Positions 47,801 to 57,333 of a stretch of DNA of 64,000 nucleotides are shown in pieces. The notes under the pieces were generated by a model. It worked only from the letters and a program-made list of their open reading frames with translations. It had not been told where the DNA came from and did not search any database. The position numbers and the translations under genes are program-made. Source of the DNA: Methanothrix sp. (GTDB lineage Archaea; Halobacteriota; Methanosarcinia; Methanotrichales; Methanotrichaceae); the NCBI GenBank assembly GCA_040770465.1, contig JAXGJB010000004.1, forward strand, positions 1 through 64,000, given 5' to 3'. Numbering within the stretch: the stretch's first letter is position 1; each line of letters begins with the position of its first letter.

Positions 47801-50800
47801 TCGTTATATTCAAGCCTATTATTCTCCGATTCGGATAAAAATATTCCGTAGTCATTTTCGCCGCCGATCCTGTTCTCTCTGAGGAGGTTATTGGATGAGC
47901 TGCTGAGATATATGCCGTAGCTGTTCCCGCTGGCATTGTTCGCAAAGATGGCGATCTCTCTGGACCGGTTCAGGAGGATTCCCCTCCCGCGGTCGGTGAG
48001 GGTGTTCTTCTCCACCCTCGATCCGGTGGTGTTGAAGAGGCTGATTCCGTCGCCGCCCCCCGTCAGCCAAAGGTCTCTTACGGTGATGTTGGTGCAGTTG
48101 ATGCAGTAGACGGTGCCGGCATTGGAGGTGGGGTCCACCACCTCGCCCGATGCGTCCACCAGGTAGACGATCGCCTTTCCGTCGACGAGGTTTGAAGGAT
48201 CGATATCGTTTCGGAGGTCCGAGAGTTTCTCGCCTTCCGCGGCGAAGTTGCAGCCGTTTCCTGCGAGGCTGTTGGATCTGAGCCTGTTCTCCCCCGAACC
48301 CCTCAGCAAAAGGCCCTCGTCATTATCGCTGGCGCTGTTTGCGGTGAGGGCGTTTTGAGCTGAGCGATCGAGGACGATTGCGCCATCGTTTTTGGCGACG
48401 ACATTTTCGGATACGCTGCAGCTCCGGGAATCTTCGAGATGGATCCCCGGGCCGTCGTTCTCCTCGACATGGTTTCCTGAGACGTTGATCCGGCTTGAGT
48501 TTCTGAGGCTGAGGGCACCTCGGTTTTTGCGGACCTCATTATCCCGGACGGCACACTCCTCCGACCGGTCCAGACGTATTCCGAGATCGTTGTCGTAGAC
48601 AGCGTTTCCGGAGACGGTGATCTCTTCAGAGCCGTTGAGGAGGATTCCAGTTCCAGTTTCGGAGACCAGGTTCCCCTCGATCCTCGAGTTTGTTGTGTTG
48701 TGAAACGCGATCCCGAAGAAGTTGCCGGTCACGTTGAGACCCTTCGCGGTTATGTTGGTGCATCTGAGGCAGTATACCATCCCGGCGCCTGAGGAGGAAT
48801 CCAGGGTTCTGTCCGATTCGTCGACGAGGTATGCGATCGGCTTTCCGCTCACGAGGTTTGAAGAATCGATATCGTTATCTCCCTGGGCATAGAAGTCTCT
48901 GTCGTTCTCATCCATCAGGTTGAATCTCATCTCATTTTTCGTGGAGTTCTCGAGGATGATGCCGATCCCGTTTCCACGAACGCTGTTCTGGGTGAAAACG
49001 TTCATAGAAGAGTCGAGGGCCCAGATCCCCTCCTGCTCGTTCGCGTCGGCTACGTTGGCATCCAGGGCGTTTCTGGAGGAGGAGAAGAGCTGGATTCCCG
49101 CCCGGCTTCGGCTCGCCTCGTTCGCTTCGAGGACGTTTCTTTGCGACTGATTGAGGCGGACCCCGATCCAGCTGTTGCTGGCGTTGTTCTCCTCGATGAC
49201 GTTCTCGCTTGAGCCTTGAACCAGATAGATGCCGATGTACTCGCTATCGTTCGCTTCGTTGTCGGAGACGGTGTTTTTGCTTGAGGAGTTGAGGTGTATG
49301 CCGACCCCGTTTCTGGCGACGTCGTTTCCTTCGATGAGGTTTTCATCGCTGGAATTTTCAAGGTCGATCCCCACGAAGTTGACCTCGGCCGAGTTGGATG
49401 TGACGTTGTTCTTCGAAGACGATCTTAAGACGATCCCGTAGGAGTTGTTGAAGATATCGTTTGATTCGATCTTGTTTTGACCTGAGCCGTCGAGGAAGGC
49501 TCCGTTCTCGTTGTCGCTGAAGTTGTTCTTCAGCGCGGAGTTGTTGGAGGAGTCCTGGAAAAAGAGGCCGTTCCAGCAATCCTTGGCAAGGTTTCCTTCC
49601 GCCCTCGAGTTTCTGGTGTTCTGGAAGTATATCCCGTAGATGTTGTTATTGAGGGTGAGATCCTCCACGGATACGTTATCGCAGTTGATGCAGTAGACGG
49701 TGCCGGCGTTGCTGGCAGGTCCCAGAACTTCCCCTGAGACGTTCACCAGGTAATAGACGATCTTTCCGTCGACGGTATTGGTGGTGTCGACGTCGTTCTC
49801 TCCGCCGGCGCGGAAGTTGTACCTGTTCTTTGCCATCAGGTTCTCGTTCAGCCTGCATCTTATCGAGCCTGATAGGTAGATCCCGTAATGGTTGGCTTCT
49901 GCCAAATTTCCGGCGATGACGGAGTCAGAGGAGTTTCGGAAGAAGAAACCCCACCTGTTCTTGGTGGCCTCGTTCTCGTTCAGGAGGTTTTGGCCCGAGT
50001 CCTCAAAGACCATCCCTTTCTTCTCGTTCGCTATAGCGGAGTTCTCTTCGACGGCGTTCTTCCGGGATTGGTATAGAGAGAGTCCATTCTCATTCTGTTC
50101 GAGCCGATTTTTGGCGATCTCGTTATTCGACGAGTTTCGAAGGGCGACCCCTTCCCCGCGATTGGTGTTCGCCTCGTTCTCCCGGATGGTGTTGTTCTCC
50201 GAATCGGCGAGTTTTACCCCGCAGTCGTTATCCCAGGCGACGCTTCCGGAAACGAGGTTTCGGTGGGACGATACCAGGGATATACCGTCAGCAACGTTAT
50301 ACGAAACCGAATTTCCCAGGAGGGAGTTCCCGCTGGAGCTGGCCAGGTAGATCCCGTTCTCGTTTCCGCTTATCCGGTTGTTCTCGATCCTCGATCCGGT
50401 GGTGTTGTAAAGGTAGATGCCGTGGGTGTTATTGTTAAGCGTGAGATTTCTCACCGTGATGTTTACGCAGTCTATGCAAAAGACGGCCCCCGCCTCCGAG
50501 GCCGAATCGATGACGAGGTCTGATCGCTTTACGAGATAGACTATCGGCTTTCCGTTCACCAGGTTGCTCTCGTCGATATCGTTATTGCCTCCGGCCCCGA
50601 AGTTGAACCGGTTTTCACATATCAGGTTCTCTCTCATCCTGTTGTTGAAAGACGAGATCAGAACGATCCCCTGATTTTGGTTATCGTTGAAGTCGTTTCC
50701 CTCGATCTCGTTATTGTTGGAGAAGGTGAAACCGGCGCCGTAATTTCTGTTATCGGACACGTCGTTATGGATGAAGACGTTCCCATCGGATCTGTAGGTC

Positions 50801-51492
50801 TGAATGCCGTTAAAATTTTTGCTTACTGTATTGTTCGATATTGTGTTCTCGTTGCTCTCATTCCAGAGAAGAAGGCCGACCTGGTTATCGAGGAGGCTGT
50901 TATTGTAAAGGACGTTCTCGTCGCTTCCGTTCCAGATGCCGATCCCGCACAGCTTGTTATCTCTCGCCTCGTTCTCCCAGATATCGTTATCTCCTCCTCC
51001 CTCCAGATAGATGGCGTGCTTTCTGTTCTGACTTATGAAGTTCTTTGATATCTCGCTGCCGCTGGCCCTTTCGAGGCATATGCCGGACCCGCCGTTTGAT
51101 CTGATCTCGCTATCGGTTATGGAGACGTTAGCCGAGGTGACCCTGATCCCTGCATCGCCGGGACCGGTGCCGGAGTTCGTCACCACTAGCCCCTCGATGA
51201 CGGCGCCGTCGGCCGAGACGGTTATGGAGGATCCTGCACCCCCAGCGTCGATCACCGGCTTTCCGCCGCCGGTGTCCAGGCCCCTGAGGGTCACGGCCCT
51301 GTCCACAACCAGGTTTTTGATATAGACTCCGCTCTCAACCTCGATGACATCTCCATCCGTCGCGTCGTCAATGGCGGCCTGGAGGAGGTCGCCGGGGCTG
51401 ACGCCGATGGTGGACGCCTTCCCCGTCCCGGAGAGGAGAGCGGCCACCAAAATAATAATAAATATATTTACATACTTGATATAATGATCCAC
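44824..51492 (-). CDS. Giant NosD/CASH right-handed beta-helix membrane protein (2222 aa)
   Basis: Signal peptide; 'LQAAID....D.I.V.SG.Y'; dozens of GI.L..S.NN.I..N repeats; six 'SN.V.GK.I.YLV...AG.V.C..C.NITV' modules; TM 'WEFFVGTIILGTGISKWVY'; acidic/basic tail. Confidence 0.92.
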   Translation of the reverse strand: MDHYIKYVNIFIIILVAALLSGTGKASTIGVSPGDLLQAAIDDATDGDVIEVESGVYIKNLVVDRAVTLRGLDTGGGKPVIDAGGAGSSITVSADGAVIEGLVVTNSGTGPGDAGIRVTSANVSITDSEIRSNGGSGICLERASGSEISKNFISQNRKHAIYLEGGGDNDIWENEARDNKLCGIGIWNGSDENVLYNNSLLDNQVGLLLWNESNENTISNNTVSKNFNGIQTYRSDGNVFIHNDVSDNRNYGAGFTFSNNNEIEGNDFNDNQNQGIVLISSFNNRMRENLICENRFNFGAGGNNDIDESNLVNGKPIVYLVKRSDLVIDSASEAGAVFCIDCVNITVRNLTLNNNTHGIYLYNTTGSRIENNRISGNENGIYLASSSGNSLLGNSVSYNVADGISLVSSHRNLVSGSVAWDNDCGVKLADSENNTIRENEANTNRGEGVALRNSSNNEIAKNRLEQNENGLSLYQSRKNAVEENSAIANEKKGMVFEDSGQNLLNENEATKNRWGFFFRNSSDSVIAGNLAEANHYGIYLSGSIRCRLNENLMAKNRYNFRAGGENDVDTTNTVDGKIVYYLVNVSGEVLGPASNAGTVYCINCDNVSVEDLTLNNNIYGIYFQNTRNSRAEGNLAKDCWNGLFFQDSSNNSALKNNFSDNENGAFLDGSGQNKIESNDIFNNSYGIVLRSSSKNNVTSNSAEVNFVGIDLENSSDENLIEGNDVARNGVGIHLNSSSKNTVSDNEANDSEYIGIYLVQGSSENVIEENNASNSWIGVRLNQSQRNVLEANEASRSRAGIQLFSSSRNALDANVADANEQEGIWALDSSMNVFTQNSVRGNGIGIILENSTKNEMRFNLMDENDRDFYAQGDNDIDSSNLVSGKPIAYLVDESDRTLDSSSGAGMVYCLRCTNITAKGLNVTGNFFGIAFHNTTNSRIEGNLVSETGTGILLNGSEEITVSGNAVYDNDLGIRLDRSEECAVRDNEVRKNRGALSLRNSSRINVSGNHVEENDGPGIHLEDSRSCSVSENVVAKNDGAIVLDRSAQNALTANSASDNDEGLLLRGSGENRLRSNSLAGNGCNFAAEGEKLSDLRNDIDPSNLVDGKAIVYLVDASGEVVDPTSNAGTVYCINCTNITVRDLWLTGGGDGISLFNTTGSRVEKNTLTDRGRGILLNRSREIAIFANNASGNSYGIYLSSSSNNLLRENRIGGENDYGIFLSESENNRLEYNDMQGNRRNFYAAGDNDVDGSNRVDGKPIAYLVGASGEVIDPSSEAGVVYCYRCDNVTVRGLTLEKNVYGIYFHNSSRSRAEDNVVRDDVDGIRLEGSTDCIVVGNRLSDNDARGIFLTESDGNLVARNAATGNGEGINLTGSENNTLEANEVQENELAGIALASSQRNFLSSNLARDNGLGMSLNYSGGNLLRDNRMSGNVRDFSAEGLNISDFENDIDPSNLVGKKKVCYLVGASDEILDPSSGAGTVYCINCTNITMEGLNLEKNGNGIYLYGTIGSTIKGSEMTGNRVGIKLVNSSENVISDNSATRNDFGALLDRSIHNEIRENDLLDNRFDGIILIDSDENEIQKNDASKNVGSGIVLDPSNKNNLSSNRLLENGDYGVNFDAGSVDNNLRGNGLEAPSPPITSPPGDGGGGGGGAFYPVTAPTEGTSSPDYAALVEDAKRTLTGGLIAFDPVREMLVGDTYRVEARISMNETVENLTEGFSEGEVPVVEEIPVSTFMKVRLAGTAFEITPMSEERQLITREGHRTWLWDVVPLESGTKELTLSADAEVVLPGQDPMPVDTRVFTSQITVTARKVPLTEKTKNFLVENWEFFVGTIILGTGISKWVYDRIRRRFRREEDGLTEGEEVGKAAGAEVEEIDFAALEASVIGRRDYEVAEAGRPEAGPDDAIDFAALEEAVIGRRDHEVAEAGWPEEGLDEVIDFAALEEAVIGRRDHEEGVAGRPEAGLDDVIDFAALEEAAIGRRDHEEAEAGWPEEGLDDAIDFAALEEAVTGRRDQMGLEEDRTDAGKEDEGGADREGVKRAEEDSAGAEGKVIGEIGAKDGRNVHPEDETTAETVSEQMRGEKNLLAEGRPSRGRKIAYKVIRGGQPENKAAEKKPGGGSRAKTEELTEIPGKTGRPGDKASLKRRKDEEEKERGSRDRKIGLDQSEEMTSEGGREEPKEMKEAVGKAERGKANNRRGGRYRKKAENGSILERKYRKRPDKKDWT
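45460..45876 (-). repeat. 93-bp (31-aa) tandem coding repeat, 4.5 copies
   Basis: IDFAALEEAVIGRRDHE..EAG(R/W)PE(A/E)GLDD.; units start at 45876, 45783, 45690, 45597 and 45504. Confidence 0.95.
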
Positions 51493-51605
51493 CGCCGTTT
51501 ACCTCAAAGGTAATCGTATCCCTGAGTATAAAACGTTTTTTGGAGGTTGAGGGCATGGGTCACCAGTTTATATAATAATCTGAGACAACTATGCGAGCGA
51601 TCGCC

Positions 51606-52778
51606 TCAGCACGGTTGAAGGACGAACTCTGCAAAGCACCTGACGCGCTCTCCCTCGGAGGTGATCCCCGAGACTGATACGCTGTTATTCAGATGATCAG
51701 AGAGGGGCATCTCCACCGTCTGGTTTGCGCTGAGATTGATCCTCTCATCCGGCATCAGGGTGAGGTTTATGAAGACCGGGCCGCCGCCGACGGAGTCGGT
51801 GAGATTGAGCACGGTTATCGGAAGGTCGCCGAGGTTCTCGACGTTGTAGTTGTAGACCACTACCTCACCGATATCTGCACAGGACCTGCTGGCAGTTACC
51901 GTGAGGTCGAGCTTGGGGAGGATAAGGCGAACGGTGGCAGCTTTTGAGTCCTGGGCAAGGTTGCCCTGAAAGTCGGCGGCTGTGGCCTGGATCGAGTCGT
52001 TGAGGGGGCCTGGAAGATCTTCTCTTGATACGATGAAGCTTGAGGTGGCGGTGGCAGTCTCGCCGGGGTTGAGATCTGCCCTGCTGAGGGGGACTGGTCC
52101 TACCCTCGAATCGACGAGGGTGATCCCCTGGACCGGGAGGGTTCCGACGTTGGCGATCGTGTAGTTTCTGGTAACTTCGGCACCGACCTCGACGGTGCAA
52201 AACCCGGGGACGACAGAGAGCTCGATGGCGGGCCTCCGGTCGGCGAGGTCGCCGAACTGAATCGAGCTATCGATCTCGAAAGTTCCGGTGTACCTCTGAT
52301 GAGAGCTGACGTCCCTTGCGAAGACCTGGTGCATGTTGGAGGCCGTCATGTAGGTGCCGTTGAAGCTGATCCTGGTGTCGGTGCCGACGAGCTCTGAGCC
52401 CCCTGTTCCGAGGACGGTCATCTCCTCTTTCTCCATCTCGGTGGCAGAGAAGGCCTCCAGTATGGAGGTCCTAGTCCCGCTGAAGGGTGAGCCGATCTCG
52501 ATCCGCTTAATCCCCACCAGGGGCGCGTCTCCGGAGTAGGAGAGGCTGAAGGCCTTCGACGAAGTGCCGTTATCGAGGTTATGGCCCTCCTTTGACGCCC
52601 CGATCTGAAGGCTGCCGTCTCCGGTCATGGAGTTGAAGCTCTCAAAGCCATCCATCCGGTTCTCGACGGATCTGCTGATGTCCACCTCTCCGGTTCCGCT
52701 CACCCAGCCGCCGGCCGGGCAGGATGCCGCCAATAAGCCCACTCCCAGCAGCAAGAAGACGAGACCCCTTCCCTTCAT
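51606..52778 (-). CDS. Secreted protein: sheath-protein (MspA)-like N-terminal domain plus two DUF11/Ig-like domains
   Basis: Signal peptide; two 'G..V..(N)Y.(I/V).N.G.LP......L.DS..G......L.P.E' domains. The MspA resemblance is from memory only. Confidence 0.7.
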   Translation of the reverse strand: MKGRGLVFLLLGVGLLAASCPAGGWVSGTGEVDISRSVENRMDGFESFNSMTGDGSLQIGASKEGHNLDNGTSSKAFSLSYSGDAPLVGIKRIEIGSPFSGTRTSILEAFSATEMEKEEMTVLGTGGSELVGTDTRISFNGTYMTASNMHQVFARDVSSHQRYTGTFEIDSSIQFGDLADRRPAIELSVVPGFCTVEVGAEVTRNYTIANVGTLPVQGITLVDSRVGPVPLSRADLNPGETATATSSFIVSREDLPGPLNDSIQATAADFQGNLAQDSKAATVRLILPKLDLTVTASRSCADIGEVVVYNYNVENLGDLPITVLNLTDSVGGGPVFINLTLMPDERINLSANQTVEMPLSDHLNNSVSVSGITSEGERVRCFAEFVLQPC

Positions 52779-52995
52779 GCTCTATTTTCCTTCCTCGATC
52801 CTTTAAGATGGTGGCGGTGTAAGGAGATCGGTTCGGCCCCCGATTCGTCTCAGAGGAGATGAAAAAGGCAAGAAATGGAAGCGGAACGAAAAATGTGATA
52901 TCCGGCTGGCGGATGAAAGAAAAGATTTACTGTCCTAAAACCGTCCTAAATGAAAAAATTATAAATAGTGGCGCTAAATCTCGCCGCCGATCCGA

Positions 52996-53997
52996 CTACC
53001 ACATCCCCCCGTAGGCGTAGGCGGTGGCGGCGGGCTCGACCTTCAGGATAACCGCCTGGCCCCGCTCGTAGAACCTCGTCTTTTCATACGGCCACTCGCC
53101 GTCCCATGCCCTGATGGTGTGCCACTGATTGCCAACGACTTTCAGCCTGTAGATCCCGTCGAGGGCGTCTCCTCCCTGCCCTTCGGTCCCGACGTAGTTC
53201 TCGTCGAGGTAGACGTCGTAGCCCCTCATGAACTGGGACTGCAGAGTGACGCTGACGTCACCGTAGGTGGGAGCGGGTGTGGTGGCGGGCGTGATGTCCG
53301 GTATAGTGGTCGTCGTAGCCGCGCCTTGCCCGGTACCAGCGGTGTTTCCGGTCGTCTCCGGGGCCCATTCCTCGCCTGCGTCGATGATGACGACGTTGCT
53401 CGGCTGGTTGTTGGCGACGAAGAACAGCGCATACCTCCCCTCTTCGGCGGCGAAGAAGCTCATCCTGTCATAGGTGGCGAGGGTATACGGGGTGATTGAA
53501 GTGTTGCCCGACGGCGAGATCTCGTAATAGTACGCCGAACCGCCTGCCGGAGTGGTGGTGACCAGCTGAAGCCAGGTTCCCACAGGACAGGCCGTATACC
53601 TCGTCCAGGCCGTCTCCCCCTCGATCCACAGGGCGTTAGAGCCGGTGTACATATCTGAGGATATGTACTCGGAGTACGGCACCGTCTGCCAGCCGAAGTA
53701 GAGGAGGTTTGGCTCGTTTCCTGTTATGGTGAAGCCGACGGGGCCTTGATCCAGCGGCGAGACCTCATCCTCGGTGAAGAAGTACTGGTAGTATCGATTG
53801 TATGTGAAGCTGGAACTCGTGGTGAAGCCGTAGGCCTCCGTCGAACCGGTGCTGCGGAAGACCTCGGCGCCGTAGCTCAGATAATCATCCCAGGGCTCTT
53901 CGATCTCCACATCCTGACCTGAGCCTTCGACGGCCTGGGCCAAACCCAGGCAAAGAAATATGGCAAGTAACGCTATTGTCCCACTCCTCGGTTTCAT
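52996..53997 (-). CDS. Secreted hypothetical protein
   Basis: Signal peptide; 'NALWI...WTRY..CP.G.WL.L...SNVVIID' domain; Thr/Pro linker; PEGA-like C-terminal domain. Confidence 0.8.
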   Translation of the reverse strand: MKPRSGTIALLAIFLCLGLAQAVEGSGQDVEIEEPWDDYLSYGAEVFRSTGSTEAYGFTTSSSFTYNRYYQYFFTEDEVSPLDQGPVGFTITGNEPNLLYFGWQTVPYSEYISSDMYTGSNALWIEGETAWTRYTACPVGTWLQLVTTTPAGGSAYYYEISPSGNTSITPYTLATYDRMSFFAAEEGRYALFFVANNQPSNVVIIDAGEEWAPETTGNTAGTGQGAATTTTIPDITPATTPAPTYGDVSVTLQSQFMRGYDVYLDENYVGTEGQGGDALDGIYRLKVVGNQWHTIRAWDGEWPYEKTRFYERGQAVILKVEPAATAYAYGGMW

Positions 53998-54042
53998 GAA
54001 TAACACCGGAGATGGAGGACGACCCTCCGGATAGTAAAGATT

Positions 54043-54792
54043 TTGGTGGGGGAGCGCCGTGTAGGTCCCATGCCTTCAGCCCCCACTCCAGAAACTGAAG
54101 ATGGTAGAGCTGGATGTCGGAAGGAGGACCTCCTCGCCTGGAACCGGGAGTACCGGGATAAGGGGAGGATCTGGCGGGGCGCGGCGCCGAAGCTACCCGA
54201 CCTTCCGGCCGGGTCGAGGGTTCTGGAGCTTGGGTGCGGGAACGGAAAGACCCTCGCTGCGATGCTGAGATGCCCCTGGAGGATCGCTGCCCTGGACCTC
54301 TCTCCCCTGGCGGTGAGGCTCGGAAGGGATGGAGCGGCGGGGCTTTTGGCCGGTTCCGGCCCGGCCGAGTCGGTCCGGCCTCGGCGATCCCTCGGCGCCG
54401 ACTTCGTCGCGGCCGACGCCGTATCGCTTCCGTTCAGAGCATCGACCTTCGATGCGGTCTTCGCCTTCCACGTCATAGGCCACCTCCGCGAAGAGGGGCG
54501 CAGCCAGGCGGCACAGGAGGCGGCGCGGGTCCTGAAGCCGAGCGGCCGCCTCTTCTTCCTCGAGTTCGGGGTCGAGGACATGAGAATGGGGAAGGGGGAG
54601 GAGGTGGAGCCTATGACATTCAGGAGGGGTGGAGGCGTTCTGACCCACTACTTCGCCGAGGGCGAGGTGCTGGAGATCTTCGAGGTGCTCCGGCAGGTCT
54701 CGATCGTGACCGATCGGAGGATCACCCGGATCATGGGAAAAGACCATCTCCGGTCGGAGGTCGAGGCGGAGTTCATAAAGGTTGAGGGGTGA
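54043..54792 (+). CDS. Class I SAM-dependent methyltransferase
   Basis: 'VLELGCGNGK', 'LDLSP', 'LPF...FDAV', 'RVLKP.G'. Start uncertain. Confidence 0.88.
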   Translation: MVGERRVGPMPSAPTPETEDGRAGCRKEDLLAWNREYRDKGRIWRGAAPKLPDLPAGSRVLELGCGNGKTLAAMLRCPWRIAALDLSPLAVRLGRDGAAGLLAGSGPAESVRPRRSLGADFVAADAVSLPFRASTFDAVFAFHVIGHLREEGRSQAAQEAARVLKPSGRLFFLEFGVEDMRMGKGEEVEPMTFRRGGGVLTHYFAEGEVLEIFEVLRQVSIVTDRRITRIMGKDHLRSEVEAEFIKVEG

Positions 54793-54801
54793 AGAGGCAT
54801 C

Positions 54802-56073
54802 ATGGAGCGTTCCTTCTCCGAGATCAGAGCCAAGGCAGACAGGGGGGAGGCGGTCGTCCTCACCGCCATGGAGGTGCGTAAAATCCTCGACGATGGGGAG
54901 AGGCTGACCACCGAGGACGTCGACGTCGTGACATGCGCCACCAGAGCGGTGATGAGCGGGACCTACGCCGTCCTCTCCTTCCCGGTGGCATCACCCGGCT
55001 CCTTTCTCAGGGCGAAGAGAGCCTGGCTAAACGGCGTTCCCGCCGAGGTGGGCCCCTGCCCCAACGAGCGGCTGGGGATCGTCGACCTGATCGTCTTAGG
55101 GACTGCCTCCAGCAGGGATGATCCGAAGTACGGTGGAGGCCACCTCTTCCGGGACCTGGTCGAGGGAAAGAGCGTCTCCGTCGGGGTGGAGACGGACGCC
55201 GGGGACGGCTTCAGGGCTGATGTGAGCCTCGCCGATATGCAGCAGGCGCGGCTCTTTGGGACCCGCCACTCTTTCAAGAACTATTCGGCCTTCGTCAATC
55301 CCGGCGACGAGAGGGTTGCAAGCATCTTCCACGCCACCCTCTTCGACCCCTGCTGGAACGGCGCCTCAGTCTCCGGCTGCGGCCACATGAGCCCCGTCCA
55401 AAACGACCCAAGTCTCGAAACGATCGGCATCGGGACGAGGGTCTTGATCAACGGGGCTGAGGGGTTCGTCCTCGGTGCGGGAACCCGCAGCACCCTCGCG
55501 AGGCCGAACCTATCGGGGTTTGCAGACATGGCCAAAATGGACCCGGAGTACATGGGGGGCTTTGTCACCTCCTCTGGCCCCGAGTGCATATCGTCGTGGG
55601 CTGTCCCGATCCCGATAACAAGCGAAGCGATCCTTGAGAGCGTCTCCGCCTCCGACGGGTCGATACCCCTCCCGGTGATGGACGTCGTCAGCAGAAGAGA
55701 GATCGGTCAGGCGAGCTACGGCGACGTCTGGGAGGAGGTCGATCTCGAGGTGAGGTTTGACCCCGAGGCGTGTAAGAGGTGCACCCAGTGCATCCCCGAA
55801 GCGATCTGCCCGATGGGGGCCATAGGCTTTAGAGACTGGAAGCCCACCCTCGACCGAAAAAAATGCTTCAACTGCGGCCTCTGCTCGACATCTTGCGTTG
55901 GGGAGGTCTTCAGAGCTCACCTCGGCTCACTCCGATTCAGCGGTCGAGAGGTCCCCATCGTGGTCAGGCAGTCCGATCGGCTCAGGGCGGAGAGGCTTGC
56001 AGAAGATCTGAAGAGGAGGATCCTAGACCGCGGGTTCAGGATGACGGAGATGGTGGAGCGGATCTCGCCATGA
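54802..56073 (+). CDS. Methanogenesis marker 16 metalloprotein (DUF39 plus ferredoxin; proposed CoM-forming enzyme)
   Basis: 'VDVVT.AT...MSGT', 'GPCPNERLG.VD', 'YGGGHLF', 'SGCG', 'DP....IG.GT', two CxxCxxC ferredoxin motifs. Confidence 0.9.
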   Translation: MERSFSEIRAKADRGEAVVLTAMEVRKILDDGERLTTEDVDVVTCATRAVMSGTYAVLSFPVASPGSFLRAKRAWLNGVPAEVGPCPNERLGIVDLIVLGTASSRDDPKYGGGHLFRDLVEGKSVSVGVETDAGDGFRADVSLADMQQARLFGTRHSFKNYSAFVNPGDERVASIFHATLFDPCWNGASVSGCGHMSPVQNDPSLETIGIGTRVLINGAEGFVLGAGTRSTLARPNLSGFADMAKMDPEYMGGFVTSSGPECISSWAVPIPITSEAILESVSASDGSIPLPVMDVVSRREIGQASYGDVWEEVDLEVRFDPEACKRCTQCIPEAICPMGAIGFRDWKPTLDRKKCFNCGLCSTSCVGEVFRAHLGSLRFSGREVPIVVRQSDRLRAERLAEDLKRRILDRGFRMTEMVERISP

Positions 56074-56599
56074 ACCGACGGATGATCTCCTCTGGGGATA
56101 GATCGATCACCGGGACGTCGGCGTTTCCGATCTCGACCTTGACCACCAGGACGCCCCTCTCGACGAGGCAGTCTCGAAGCTCCTCCGGCGTTGCTGCGAC
56201 CCTCACCTCGTTTCCGGCGCCTCTCGCGATCCGGGCGAGGTCCGCCCTCCTGCAGGTGCAGGTCGGCTGGCATCCGGTGGAGCCGTAGCAGCCGTTGTCC
56301 AGGATGATCAGGAGGTAGTTTTTCGGGCTCTGATCGGCGATGGTGGCGAGGCTTCCCAGGTTCATCAGGACGGAGCCGTCGCCGTCGATGGCTACGACCC
56401 TCCGGTCCGGTCGGGCGAGGGCGAGGCCCAGGCCGATGGACGAGGCAAGGCCCATCGACCCGAGCATGTAAAAGTTCGATGGCCGATCGCCGACTGCGTA
56501 TAATTCTCGGGAAGGATAGCCGATGTTTCCCACCAGAAGGGCGTCCATGGACTCGGCTCCTTGAGCGATGATGGCGATGGCGTCGATCCTCTTCATCAT
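56036..56599 (-). CDS. comE: Sulfopyruvate decarboxylase beta subunit
   Basis: 'NIGYPSRELY', 'NFYMLGSMGLASSIGLG', TPP motif 'DGDGS...LDNG.YGSTG.Q'. Confidence 0.93.
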   Translation of the reverse strand: MMKRIDAIAIIAQGAESMDALLVGNIGYPSRELYAVGDRPSNFYMLGSMGLASSIGLGLALARPDRRVVAIDGDGSVLMNLGSLATIADQSPKNYLLIILDNGCYGSTGCQPTCTCRRADLARIARGAGNEVRVAATPEELRDCLVERGVLVVKVEIGNADVPVIDLSPEEIIRRFMARSAPPSPSS

Positions 56600-57108
56600 A
56601 AAGAGCGACCCCTCCAGAACCGGATATCCAGCAGCACTGCCGCTGGCGTGCCGTCGGCCCAGGCGATCTTTGCGGCCTGGGCCACGATATCTTCGGCCTC
56701 TGAGGGGTCGGGCGCGAACCGGGGGATCTCCATGGCCTCGAGGAGCTTCGGCGTCATCCTCCCCATGGGGACCTGGCCCGCTATCGTCTCACCCTCGCCA
56801 CCCCGATGGCTGATGATCAAAAGGAGCGGAATCCTGTAGAGGCCGTTCAGAGAGGCGAGGGCGTTGATGCTGTTTCCAAGCCCCGAGTTCTGCATCAGGA
56901 GGGCGGGCCTCTTGCCGCCGAGATATGCCCCTGCGCATATCCCCACCCCCTCCTCCTCCCGGGTGGCGGGGACGTGAGTTGTATCCGGGTCGGAGGCCGC
57001 GATGGCGATGAGCCTATCGAGGTTGACGCAAGGGACGCTGGCGACGAAGTCTATGCCCGCCCGCTTCATCCCTGCATATACGGCCCGGCTGGGATCGATG
57101 CCGTTCAT
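56596..57108 (-). CDS. comD: Sulfopyruvate decarboxylase alpha subunit
   Basis: 'SVPC', 'TREEEGVGICAGAYL', 'LMQNSGLGNSINAL.SL', 'SHRG'. Confidence 0.93.
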   Translation of the reverse strand: MNGIDPSRAVYAGMKRAGIDFVASVPCVNLDRLIAIAASDPDTTHVPATREEEGVGICAGAYLGGKRPALLMQNSGLGNSINALASLNGLYRIPLLLIISHRGGEGETIAGQVPMGRMTPKLLEAMEIPRFAPDPSEAEDIVAQAAKIAWADGTPAAVLLDIRFWRGRSL

Positions 57109-57333
57109 TCCGATCCTGATATTGATACCATCATTTAAATGTTGATCTCGATCCATTCTCGACCAGGTCTTCGGAATCATCTTCGCGGCCCTGTCTTCAG
57201 AACTCCTCTCGACCCGGTCCTCAGAGGCATCCTCTGACCCGGAGTCGGAGATCCATAGATGGGGTCTTGCGGTAAAGGTAAAGGCCGGAAGGAAAAATAG
57301 AATGGGGGATTTGAAGGACGGAAGAGGCGGCCT

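Noticed and set aside
57203-57250. Extended imperfect hairpin (TCAGAGG-CAT-CCTCTGA core) upstream of comD as a riboswitch
   Set aside because: It lies upstream of the likely comD TATA box and matches no family I recognise; such stems are common in GC-rich DNA.
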